A DNA stretch of 64,000 nt from assembly GCA_963745035.1 (NCBI GenBank), contig CAVUVW010000013.1, forward strand, positions 192,001 through 256,000, written 5' to 3'. The DNA comes from an uncultured delta proteobacterium. GTDB lineage: Bacteria; Desulfobacterota; Binatia; UBA9968. A program made the translations under genes and the position numbers. Of this stretch, positions 8,729 through 19,294 are shown in pieces; position 1 is the stretch's first letter, and each line of letters begins with the position of its first letter. Below the pieces are notes generated by a model. That model saw only the letters and a program-made list of their open reading frames with translations. It ran no database searches and was not told the DNA's origin.

Positions 8729-11700
8729 ATGCATTGTCCTCGCTGCCAGCATGAAAATCCTGCCGGTGTAAAGTTCTGCGGCGAGTGCGGAGCGCGGCTA
8801 GAATCGGCATGCGCCTGCTTGTGGAGCGTGCAAATCCTCCCGCAAACAAATTCTGCGGCCAGTGCGGCGCGTCGCTCGTCGCAGCAGTGCGCTTCGACGA
8901 AATTCGCATCACCTGAAACCTACACGCCCAAGCATCTCGCCGAAAAGATTCTCACTTCCAAGAGCGCGCTCGAAGGCGAGCGCAAGCAGGTCACGGTGCT
9001 GTTCGCCGACATGAAGGGCTCGATGGAGCTGCTCGCCGACCGCGATCCGGAGGAGGCGCGCAAACTGCTTGATCCTGTGATCGAGCACATGATGGAAGCG
9101 GTGCATCGATACGAGGGAACAGTCAGCAATTTAATGGGCGACGGCATCATGGCGCTGTTTGGCGCGCCGCTCGCCCACGAAGATCACGCGGTGCGCGCCT
9201 GCTATGCGGCGCTCAGAATGCAGGAGTCGGTGAATCGATATGCTGACGGAGTGCGGCGGACAGAGGGTGTGCCGATTCAAATCAGAGTGGGTTTGAATTC
9301 CGGCGAAGTGGTGGTCGGTGCCATCGGCAACGACTTGAAGATGGACTACACGGCGATCGGCCAGACGGTGCATCTCGCTTCGCGCATGGAACAGATGGCG
9401 ACGCCGGGCTCGGTTTTGATGACGCCGGACGCTCTGCGCTTAGCCGAAGGCTACGTGCAGGTGAAGCCGCTCGGCCCGGTCAGCGTCAAGGGATTAACTG
9501 AGCCGGTGGAAGTTTATGAGGTTACCGGAGTTGGCGCCGCGCGCTCTCGCCTGCAAGCGGCAGCCGCGCGTGGACTCACTCGCTTTGTCGGACGCGATGC
9601 TGAAACCGAGCAGCTTCGAAAAGCACTTGAACAAGCGCGCTCAGACCATGGTCAGGTGGTCGGTGTCGTAGGAGAACCTGGTCTTGGTAAGTCACGGCTG
9701 TTCTTCGAGTTCACCCATTCCCATCGGACGCAAGGATGGCTGATCCTCGAAAGCGGGTCAGTTTCATATGGAAAAGCCACACCCTATTTGCCGGTCATCG
9801 ATCTCCTCAAAGCCTACTTTAAAATTCAGGATCGCGACGATCAGCGCGAGATTCGCGAGAAGGTGACCGGCAAGCTGCTCACGCTGGATAAATCTCTGGA
9901 GTCCACGCTACCGGCCTTCCTGGCACTTTTAGATGTGCCGGTCGATGACCCGCTGTGGCAGGCACTCGATCCTTCCCAACGCCGTCAGCAGACTCTTGGC
10001 GCCGTCAAGCGGCTCTTGCTTCGAGAGAGTCAGGTCCAGCCGCTGATCCTGCTATTCGAGGATCTGCACTGGATCGACTCCGAGACCCAGGCGATGCTGG
10101 AGAGCTTGGTGGAAAGTCTGCCGACGAGCAGGCTGCTCCTCCTGGTCAACTATCGTCCGGAATACCAGCATGGTTGGGCTAACAAGACTTACTACACCCA
10201 ACTGCGGCTTGATCCGCTGCCGCCTGAGAGCGCGGGGGAGATTCTCAATTCAGTTCTGGGCAATGACCACGGACTTCAGTCCCTCAAGCAGCTTTTGATC
10301 GAACGAACAGAGGGGAACCCTTTTTTCCTGGAGGAGAGCGTTCGGACCTTGGTGGAGACAAAAGTTCTGGCGGGTGAGCGAGGGAATTATCATCTGGAGA
10401 AAAAGGTCGAGAGCACCCAGGTGCCGGCTACGGTTCAAGCCGTGCTGGCCGCGCGCATTGACCGGCTGCCGCCTGAGGAAAAGCAGCTCCTGCAATCAGC
10501 CGCGGTCATCGGCAAGGATGTTCCCTTCTCCCTCCTGCAGGCCATCACTGAATTATCTGACGAGGAACTCCGTCGCGGCCTTACCCACCTCCAAGCGGCG
10601 GAGTTCCTTTACGAGACCAGTCTGTTTCCTGATCTGGAATACACTTTCAAGCACGCGCTCACCCACGAAGTGGCGTACGGAAGCCTTCTCCACGAGCGCC
10701 AGCGCGCTCTGCACGCGCGGATCGTGGAAGCCATCGAGGCGCTATATCCTGATCGGCTGATCGAGCAGGTCGAGCGGCTCGCGCATCACGCAGCGCGGGG
10801 AGAGGTATGGGGAAAAGCGCTGACCTATCTCCGGCAGGCCGGCGCCAAGGCGGACGCCCGCTCGGCGATTCGAGAAGCGGCATCATACTTCGAGCAAGCG
10901 CTTACCGCCCTGGCGCATCTGCCTGACGATCGCGAGACGCGTGAGCAGGCCATCGATCTTCACTTCAACCTCCGTATCTCGCTGGCGGCGCTCGGGGAAG
11001 GCGAGAGGGTTCTTGAACACCTGCGCGCAGCCGAAGCCCTGGCAAATGCTCTAGGAGATGAACGCCGGTTGGCGCGGGTTAATGTGTACATAGCGAGACT
11101 GCTCTCGGCGCAGGGTGAGTACGAACAAGCCGTCACGGCCTGTGAACGTGCAATCGCAATGGCCAGAACCCTAGACGACTACGGTCTGGAGGTTGTGGCG
11201 ACTATCATTTTGGGATCGGCCTACTATTACTTGGGCAATTATCCTAAAGCAGTAGAGGCGCTGGGGCGCAACTTAGTGCCCCTTGACAGCCCAGTGGTTC
11301 GTGAGCGCTTTGGTGGGATCGGCCTCCCCTTCGCGAACTCGCGGGCCTCGCTAGCCTTAGCGCTGGCCGAGCGCGGGGAGTTTGTCGAAGCCATCGCCCG
11401 ATGCACGGAGGCGATCCACATAGCGGAGGCGGTCGGCCATCCTTACAGCGTTACCATGATGTATCGAGGGATGGGTCATCTGCACCTCAGGCGGGGGGAT
11501 CTTCACCAGGCAACTCTTGCACTCGAGCACGCCCTGGAGGTCTGTCAGGGAGTGGACAGCCCGCTTCTCTTTCACGCAGTGGGTTCTGCTCTAGGCTACG
11601 CCTATGCGCTCTCCGGGCGCAGTGCTGAGGCAATTCCCCTCCTGGAGGAGGCCGTCGAGCGCCCCGTCATGGGCGGAACTTGGAGGGCCAATCGCTGCGG

Positions 11701-12096
11701 ACCATCTGGCTGAGCGAAGCGTATCTGCTGGCCGGGCGGGAAGCGGATGCCCGTGCCGCCGCACAGCGCGCCCTGGGTCTCGCCCGTCAGCACAAAGAGA
11801 GAGGATACGAGGCGTACACTCTTCGGCTCCTCGGCGAGATCGCGGCGCGCGAAGATCCCCTTGATATCGGGAAGGCGGAAAACCACTATCGCCAAGCTCT
11901 CGCCCTCGCTGAAGAACTCGGCATGCGCCCGCTCATCGCGCATTGCCACGTCGGTCTGGGCAAACTGTATCGGCGAACCGGTAATTACGCAGCAAGCGAA
12001 GGACGCATCTCACCAATGGCGTCGCAATGATGCGCGAGATGGAAATGGGATTGTGGTTGGAAAGAGGCGGAGGCGGAGTTGAAGGAATTGGGTTGA
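8729..12096 (+). CDS. double zinc ribbon + class III nucleotidyl cyclase + STAND/AAA ATPase + TPR protein (frameshifts)
   Basis: CPRC/CGEC, VTVLFADMKGS, MGDGIMALFGAP, Walker A GEPGLGKS, Walker B FEDLHW, helical repeats; continues in frame 11680; TGA 12094-12096 overlaps next ATG. Confidence 0.88.
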
Positions 12097-15000
12097 TGCG
12101 TTGCCCGAAGTGTCAAGCACGAGAATCGACGAAGGCCGGCGTTCTGCGCGGAGTGCGGCGCGTCGTTGCGCGTCGCCTGCGCTAACTGCGGCACTCAACG
12201 ATCCCGGCGATGAAAGTTCTGCTGGAGGTGCGGGCAGCCGTTGGCTGCTCGGCAGCCAGTTGCCAGCCGCAGTTTCGCGTCTCCCGAGTCCTACACCCCC
12301 AAGCATCTCGCCGAAAAGATTCTCACTTCCAAAAGCGCTCTCGAAGGCGAGCGCAAGCAGGTCACGGTGCTGTTCGCCGACATGAAAGGCTCGATGGAGC
12401 TGCTCGCCGACCGCGATCCTGAGGAGGCGCGCAAACTGCTCGATCCTGTGATCGAGCACATGATGGAAGCGGTGCACCGCTACGAGGGGACAGTCAGCAA
12501 TTTAATGGGCGACGGCATCATGGCGCTGTTCGGCGCGCCGCTGGCCCATGAAGATCACGCGGTGCGCGCCTGCTATGCGGCGCTGCAGAATGCAGGAGTC
12601 GGTGAAGCGCTATGCTGACGGAGTGCGGCGGACGGAGGGTGTTCCGATTCAAATCAGAGTCGGTTTGAATTCCGGCGAAGTGGTGGTCGGTGCCATCGGC
12701 AACGACTTGAAGATGGACTACACGGCGATCGGCCAGACGGTGCATTTGGCTGCGCGCATGGAGCAGATGGCGACGCCGGGATCGGTTTTGATGACGGCGG
12801 ACGCTCTGCGCTTAGCCGAAGGCTACGTGCAGGTGAAGCCGCTCGGCCCGGTCACGTCAAGGGAATAACCGAGCCGGTGGAAGTTTATGAAGTTACCGGC
12901 GCTGGCGTCGCGCGGACGCGGTTGCAAGCGGCAGCCGCGCGCGGCCTCACTCGCTTTGTCGGGCGCGATGCAGAAATCGAGCAACTTCGCAAAGCCCTGG
13001 AGCAGAGCAAGCAGCGCTCACGGTCAGGTGGTTGCGGTTGTTGGAGAGCCTGGTTTGGGAAAGTCGCGGCTGTTCTTCGAATTCATCCACTCGCATCGCA
13101 CGAGGGCTGGTTGATCGTCGAATCCGGCTCGGTCTCCTATGGCAAGGCCACGCCCTATCTTCCTCTGATCGACCTTCTTAAAGCTTATTTCAAAATCCAT
13201 GACCGGGACAACCAGCGCGAGATTCGCGAGAAGGTCACTGGAAAGCTCCTCACCCTGGATGAATCGCTGAAACCGACGCTGCCGGCTTTTCTCGCCCTGC
13301 TGGATATTCCCGTCGAGGACCAACAATGGCAGGCTCTCGATCCCCCGCAAAAGCGCCAGCGAACGCTGGATGCTTGTAAACGTCTCTTGTTTCGCGAGAG
13401 CCAAGCGCAGCCATTGCTGCTTGTGTTTGAGGATCTTCACTGGCTCGATTCGGAGACCCAAAGGCGTTCTCGACAGCCTGGTGGAAAGTCTACCGACGGG
13501 GCGGCTGCTCCTGCTGGTGAATTATCGTCCGGAATACCAACATGGCTGGGGGAGCAAGACTTACTACAGCCAACTGCGGATTGATCCCCTACCACCTGAG
13601 AGCGCTGAAGAATTGCTTCATAGCTTGCTGGGGAACGATCCGAGTTTTCATCCCCTCAAACAACTCTTGATTACGCGCACCGAGGGCAATCCGTTCTTCT
13701 TGGAAGAGAGCGTGCGAACGCTGGTGGAAACCAAAGCGCTCGAAGGTGAACGAGGTGTCTATCGCGTGGCCAAATCCGTTGAGAGTATTCAGGTGCCCGC
13801 GACTGTGCAAGCGGTGCTGGCGGCGCGCATCGATCGGCTGCCCGCTGAGGACAAGCGGCTGCTTCAGTCCGCCGCGGTCATTGGCAAGGATGTGCCCTTT
13901 GTTCTGCTCCAAGCAATTGCGGATTTGTCCGAAGAGGACTTGTGCCGTAGGCTCGCGCGCCTCCAGACTGGAGAGTTTCTCTATGAAACGAGTCTTTTCC
14001 CCGAGCCCGAATACACCTTCAAGCACGCCCTCACGCATGAGGTAGCCTACGGGAGTCTACTCCAAGACCGGCGGCGCACGCTCCACGCTCGCATCGTCCA
14101 AGCGGTGGAAAAGCTCTATGCCGACCGTTTGGCCGAACATGTCGAACTGCTCGCCCATCATGCGTTTCGAGGAGAGCTTTGGGGAAAGGCCGTTACCTAC
14201 GCTCGAGAGGCAGGGACCAAAGCGTTCATGCGCTCAGCGAACGCAGACGCGGTGGCCTACTTCATGAGGGGACTGGAAGTCGTCGAGACGCTGCCGGCGA
14301 GCGCGGAACGTGAGAGGCAGGAACTGGATCTGCTGGTCGCACTTGGTCCGGCGCTCCAGTCATCCAAAGGGTTCGGCGCGCCGGAAATCGAACCTGTGTA
14401 TACCCGGGCGCGCGAATTGTGCCGACAGCTAGGGGAGACCTCGCAACTCTTCCCCGTGCTGTGGGGACTCTGGCTACTTCGTCTACAGCGGGGAGACTTA
14501 CAAACGGCGAGAGAACTAGGCACGCAACTCTTCAGTCTGGCCCAGCACGTGCCAGACCCCGTTCTCCTTTTACAGGCCCACCACGCGCTGTGGGCCACCT
14601 CGTTCTGGTTTGGACAGTTGGCTCTGGCCCGAGCGCACTCGGAACATGGAATTGCTCTCTATGATTCCCAGCGGCACCACTCTCTGGCCTTTCTCTATGG
14701 TGGGCATGACCCCGGGGTGTGCTGCCGGGACTTTGGAGCCTTGGCTCTGTGGTTGCTTGGCTATCCGGACCAAGCCCTGAAGAGAAGTCACGATGCGCTA
14801 ACTCTGGCCCAGGAACTGTCTCATCCTCTTAGCTTAGCTGAGGTCCTGGGCTATGCTGCCTGGCTCCATGAATTTCGACGAGAGCGAGAAGCAGTCCGAG
14901 AGCGGGCAGAGGCACTATTGGCGCTGTCTAACGAGCACGGGTTTCCTTACTGGTTGACGCAGGGGACTATCCTGCGCGGTTGGGCACTGGCCGAGCAAGG

Positions 15001-15466
15001 ACAGATGGTAGAAGAAGGCATTGCACAGATGCGCCAGGGTCTGTTCGCCTATAGAACTACGGGCGCAGAATTGGCTCGGCCGCATTATCTCGCGCTACTG
15101 GCCAAGATATACGGGAAAGTGCAGCAGGCAGAGGAGGGATTGACTGTGCTGTCCGAGGCACTGGCTTGGGCGCACACAAACGGAGGGTGGTATTACGAGG
15201 CAGAACTACATCGGCTGAAGGGCGAGCTTCAGGCGGGCGAGCAAGAGGCTGAAACCTGCTTTCAGAATGCATTGAAAATCTCGCGCAGCCAAAGCGCCAA
15301 GTCGCTGGAGCTGCGCGCGGCGATGAGCTTGAGTCGTCTGTGGCAACAGCAGGGCAAGAAAGATGATGCCAGAAGGCTCTTGGCCGAGGTTTACGGCTGG
15401 TTCACGGAAGGGTTTGACACCGCCGACTTGAAACAGGCAAAGCTATTACTCGATGAACTCGCATAA
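12096..15466 (+). CDS. second zinc ribbon + cyclase + STAND ATPase + TPR protein (several frameshifts)
   Basis: MRCPKCQ start; same cyclase and Walker motifs; C-terminus LELRAAMSLSRLWQQQG...YGWFTEGFDTADL typical of this family. Confidence 0.87.
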
Positions 15467-15470
15467 AGAG

Positions 15471-15584
15471 GCGACAACACGCGCCGCTATCTTTCGGGTG
15501 CCCCGCTGAAACACGTAGTCAGAACACCCGAGGGCACGCTCCAGGGCTTTGAAAACCCGCAGACGGGCAACTCATAGTGGGCGA
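15471..15584 (+). pseudogene. orphan copy of the dehydrogenase 3' end
   Basis: Translates DNTRRYLSGAPLKHVVRTPEGTLQGFENPQTGNS* (TAG 15575-15577); mostly synonymous differences from 8471-8585. Confidence 0.85.
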
Positions 15585-15702
15585 ATCTGGACACTGGAAT
15601 GGGGCGGTCGAGTCGCCGGCCTAGGCCGACCGATGGCGAAGCTGAGAAATGCAAAGGCGCTGGTGCTGCGCGGTATACGTTGTTTCAGTTCGAATGAACT
15701 GA

Positions 15703-16113
15703 CTAGAACGACACGCACGTATGAGAAGTTGTGCGCAGTACAGCCTCCTGCTGAAATTGGCGCTTGTACTTGTCGACCAATTCTCGAATGCCTTTCTCGG
15801 TCCGTTCGTCGTCGGGATTAAGCAGCTGAAGCACGTGAGAATCCTCTCGAACGATTTCACCGTCGACGCCGCGCCACTGGCCCGACGCGCGTGAGGAAGT
15901 GAGGCCTTGAGGAAAGAGCGGAGTGACCGTGCTTTCCAGGAACCTCGCCCAATCCTCTGAGGAGACGACGCCATCGGGTTTGGTTGTGCCAAAGTATAGC
16001 GAGTCGTGAACCGCTAGGTGGTAGCCTTCCTTGCAGCGGACAATATACGTTGACGAGCACGCGTTGCCGATTACTGCGAAGGCGGCAATGATGGCGAAAT
16101 AAAAGCGATGCAT
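15703..16113 (-). CDS. DUF3574-like lipoprotein
   Basis: Lipobox-like IGNAC; LYFG, VTPLFPQGLT, GQWR and YKRQFQQEAVLR recognised as DUF3574-like. Confidence 0.75.
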   Translation of the reverse strand: MHRFYFAIIAAFAVIGNACSSTYIVRCKEGYHLAVHDSLYFGTTKPDGVVSSEDWARFLESTVTPLFPQGLTSSRASGQWRGVDGEIVREDSHVLQLLNPDDERTEKGIRELVDKYKRQFQQEAVLRTTSHTCVSF

Positions 16114-16273
16114 GAAGCAAAGCCCGCGCCTACTGAAACGAGTTTCCTGGACCGAGTATAGTGAGGTGGAATAAAGAATCAACGTTTTTCGCCGCAACGT
16201 CTCTGTTGAGAGCCAATGCCTTGCAATTTTGGCTGGGGGAGTGGAAAAAAGCCCAATCGACTATGGAGGAACG

Positions 16274-16548
16274 ATGAAACGCAGCTATTTTCGATTCGCT
16301 GTTCTCGAGCTATTGCTCTTTACTACTTTATTGCCTTCCAGGGTCGATGCGGCCGCGGCGCCCTACAAAGTGGTCTATACCTTCGGCGGATTGAACGATC
16401 GCAGCGGCATACTTTGGGTGGCGCGGGATGCGGGGATTTTTCACAAGCACGGCCCGACCATCGTCAACGTGCGCAATGCGCAGGGTGGGCATGTCCACGC
16501 TGGCGGGCGCGAATTGTGGCGAGGCGATGAGCGACCTCGTGCGCGACA
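16274..16548 (+). pseudogene. chimeric remnant: 5' part of an ABC binding-protein gene fused to a dehydrogenase fragment
   Basis: About 16360-16500 matches 19668-19815 (YKVVYTFGGLN.RSGILWVARDAGIF); 16502-16548 matches 8431-8476. Confidence 0.85.
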
Positions 16549-16683
16549 CCGCTGCTCTGAGGCGCGCATGCGCATTTTCGAACTGATGAATGTGCCAATA
16601 GGAGTTATAGCGGGTTGTGACTTGAGCCTCGAAGACCGTTTTTCCTTCGCGCCAGACGCTTGTGCACAGTGGGAGCTGGCGCG

Positions 16684-18186
16684 ATGAGCAGGATTTTCCT
16701 TTCGTACGCTTCTGAGCAGAGCGAAGCGGCGGCCCAGATCGAGCTATCGCTCAAAGGGGATGGCTACAGCGTGTTTCGCGACCGCACGTCGCTGCCGCCG
16801 GGCGAGTCTTTCGATGCGCGCATACGAACTGCGATCGAAGAGAGCGATCTTTTCATTTTCCTCATCAGCCGCGAGTCGGTCTCACCGGGGCGCTACACGC
16901 TGACCGAACTCAAATTCGCCGAGCAGAAATGGGCGCATCCGGCCGGATACGTACTTCCGGTCGTGGTCGAGCCTGTGCCCAAAGAGGCCATCCCTGTTTT
17001 CTTGCGCGCGGTGACGATTCTGCATCCGCAGGGAAATGTCACGGCCGAGGTCGCCGCCGCAGTCGCCCGCATGAGCGCGCCTTGGTGGCGGCGCATGCTC
17101 CAGCCTCGACGACTGGTACCGACTGTTGCTGTGATGCTTGTCATTATCGTCGGGGCGTGGATCGGCCTGCCCCGCTATCTCGAGCACCGTGAGCGAGGAC
17201 GCCAGGTAGCGAAACTCGAGAAGCAGAGTCAGGTTAGAGCCGAGGCCGGGGACTTTGCCGGCGCGTGGAATCTCCTGGAGCAAGCCAACGCCATCGCCCC
17301 TGGGTCCAGCCAAGTGTTTGAGGCGCAGGAGCGGCTGGCCATGAAGTTGCTCCGAGACGTAGGGTTCAATTACTTTCGTGGCAACAGGAGTTATTTCGAG
17401 GAACTCGTGAGCCGGACATTGCCGGTGCTGTCGCGCGGCACGTCTGAGGCGAAAGGTGAGCGACTGGCGAATCTTTTGGCCCACATGGGTTGGGCAGACT
17501 ATCTGCGGGAGCGTGCCGGAATCGGTGGGCTTGAGCCCGCGCAGCACTATCGCCGCGCCCTCGAGATCGATCCGCGCAACGTCTATGCTCACGCCATGTG
17601 GGGCTTCGAAATCCTGAGAAGGGGCCGCTCGGTTACAGCCCTCGACGAGGCAAAGCAACACTTCTCGGCAGCCGTCGAATCCCGGCGCGAACGTGAGTAT
17701 GTACGGTCGCTGCAGATCTCCGCGTTGCTACGGACTTATACGAATGTCTGGATCGAGGATCCGGAGCGGAAAAAGGAGGCAATCAGAGTCGCAAACGAGA
17801 TGCGCATTAACGGCGAAACGCGGCCGAAAGGATGGGGACCTGGTACATTCAGGGGGAAGCTCTGGGGTATCTACTACTTCGACGTCGTGACCAGCGATCG
17901 CCTGACACCTCTCCTCGCTGCTCTGCCGCCCGCCGAGCACCTCTCGTTGTTTCGCTGGCTGTTCCCGGAGGACGATCTCGCGGGGAGTGACGGAGCCCCT
18001 TCGCTGTTCAATTTCCTCTTCGTCCTGGCTCAGCTGCAGGAGCAGGCCGGCGATCGCGCCGGCGCGCTCGCCTCCTACCGCCGGCTATTGAGCGAGTTCG
18101 CGAACAAGGGGTACAACAGCAGCAGGGCGACCAAGATAGCCAGCGACGCTAAAGCGGCCATCAAGCGCGTCTCGACCAGTCAATAA
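16684..18186 (+). CDS. TIR domain - transmembrane helix - TPR protein
   Basis: IFLSYA, FRDRTSLPPGESF, FIFLISRESV and YTLTELKFA (TIR with Glu); hydrophobic LVPTVAVMLVIIVGAWIGL; TPR-like YRRALEIDPRNVYAH. Confidence 0.85.
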   Translation: MSRIFLSYASEQSEAAAQIELSLKGDGYSVFRDRTSLPPGESFDARIRTAIEESDLFIFLISRESVSPGRYTLTELKFAEQKWAHPAGYVLPVVVEPVPKEAIPVFLRAVTILHPQGNVTAEVAAAVARMSAPWWRRMLQPRRLVPTVAVMLVIIVGAWIGLPRYLEHRERGRQVAKLEKQSQVRAEAGDFAGAWNLLEQANAIAPGSSQVFEAQERLAMKLLRDVGFNYFRGNRSYFEELVSRTLPVLSRGTSEAKGERLANLLAHMGWADYLRERAGIGGLEPAQHYRRALEIDPRNVYAHAMWGFEILRRGRSVTALDEAKQHFSAAVESRREREYVRSLQISALLRTYTNVWIEDPERKKEAIRVANEMRINGETRPKGWGPGTFRGKLWGIYYFDVVTSDRLTPLLAALPPAEHLSLFRWLFPEDDLAGSDGAPSLFNFLFVLAQLQEQAGDRAGALASYRRLLSEFANKGYNSSRATKIASDAKAAIKRVSTSQ

Positions 18187-18246
18187 TTGGGATTTTGCTC
18201 GAGTATCGATATATTTCACAGCTCGCAGGAAGGAAGGCACGAGGCA

Positions 18247-18921
18247 ATGATTGACGCAAGCCATAACACGGACAAAAACGATTTTATTACAGCGCTGCGG
18301 ATCATTTATCGCGAGGGGTTGAGCGATGCCTTTGCGCATCTTAGCCAGAGGAGCAACGACGGCAACGAGATGCTGTTCATGCCGCGCAAGAGTCCGGCTT
18401 TGGTTCAGAGAGACGAACTATTTTTTGTCGACTTCGAAAAGCCCGTGCCGCAGTCTTCCTTGCACCAGGCGATCTACAAAGCTCGTCCGGACGTGAAAGC
18501 GGTTTTTCATTTTCACTCACCGGCAGTGGTTTTGCTGAGCGTGGTCGGCCGGACGATTCGGCCGATGCACAACTACAGCGCGATTTTCTACGAAGGCGTG
18601 CCGCTGTATACGGGAACGGGACAGGTCGAGTCGCCGGCGCGGGCGGGGGACATGGCGAAGCTTCTCGGCAACGCGAAGGCGCTGATGCTGCGCGGGCATG
18701 GCGCGGTGGTCGTCGGCCAGTCGATTCGCGAGGTTTGCATGCTGGCGCTGTTCTTAGAAGAGTCGGCAAGGCTGCAAACTGAGGCGATGAAACTCGGCAC
18801 GCCGATGTTCATGGAACGGGACGAAGCCGAGAAGATCGCCAAACGGACTTTCAAGCCGACATCGGTCGAGCGCGCTTGGGATCACTTTGTCGCGAAGCAC
18901 GCCGATTCAAACGGCGGATGA
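18247..18921 (+). CDS. class II aldolase/adducin family protein
   Basis: LHQAIYKARPDV..VFHFHSP and LMLRGHG motifs. Confidence 0.88.
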   Translation: MIDASHNTDKNDFITALRIIYREGLSDAFAHLSQRSNDGNEMLFMPRKSPALVQRDELFFVDFEKPVPQSSLHQAIYKARPDVKAVFHFHSPAVVLLSVVGRTIRPMHNYSAIFYEGVPLYTGTGQVESPARAGDMAKLLGNAKALMLRGHGAVVVGQSIREVCMLALFLEESARLQTEAMKLGTPMFMERDEAEKIAKRTFKPTSVERAWDHFVAKHADSNGG

Positions 18922-19002
18922 TCTATTCGTTGGCCCAGAAGAATTTCTTTGGTCGGTCCGTAGATCCGCCGGCGTTTGAGAGCGCCGGTGCGCTATGAAC
19001 GT

Positions 19003-19227
19003 TTATTTTCTTGACGAAGGCCGTTCATCGCACGGCCCGTAATAATCGACGACCTCGCGCTCGCCTGGCGTTTTCGGATCGCCCTGCGTTTCTACTTTCA
19101 TGTGACAATAGTTGTCTCCCGCATGTCGCCGTAACAAAACGCGATCGGGCTCCGCGGTGCATGCGGAAGCTAAGATAAGAGGTATCGCCGTTAAGGCGAG
19201 AGATCGAATTGTTCTTCGTACGTTCAT
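19003..19227 (-). CDS. small hypothetical lipoprotein
   Basis: RBS AGGA; signal peptide ending ASAC; YCH...YYGPCD cysteine pair; sigma54 site upstream. Confidence 0.65.
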   Translation of the reverse strand: MNVRRTIRSLALTAIPLILASACTAEPDRVLLRRHAGDNYCHMKVETQGDPKTPGEREVVDYYGPCDERPSSRK

Positions 19228-19278
19228 TTGCGGTCCTCTACAAATCTTAAGGATGATACATCCTGCGTTCGTCAAGGT

Positions 19279-19294
19279 GGCAAGTGTCGTGCCA
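19279..19294 (-). promoter_or_regulatory. sigma54 (-24/-12) promoter
   Basis: TGGCACGACACTTGCC on the minus strand, GG-N10-GC spacing. Confidence 0.75.

Noticed and set aside
8919-15466. Diversity-generating retroelement template/variable repeat pair
   Set aside because: No reverse transcriptase; the differences between repeats are not adenine-specific and are mostly synonymous
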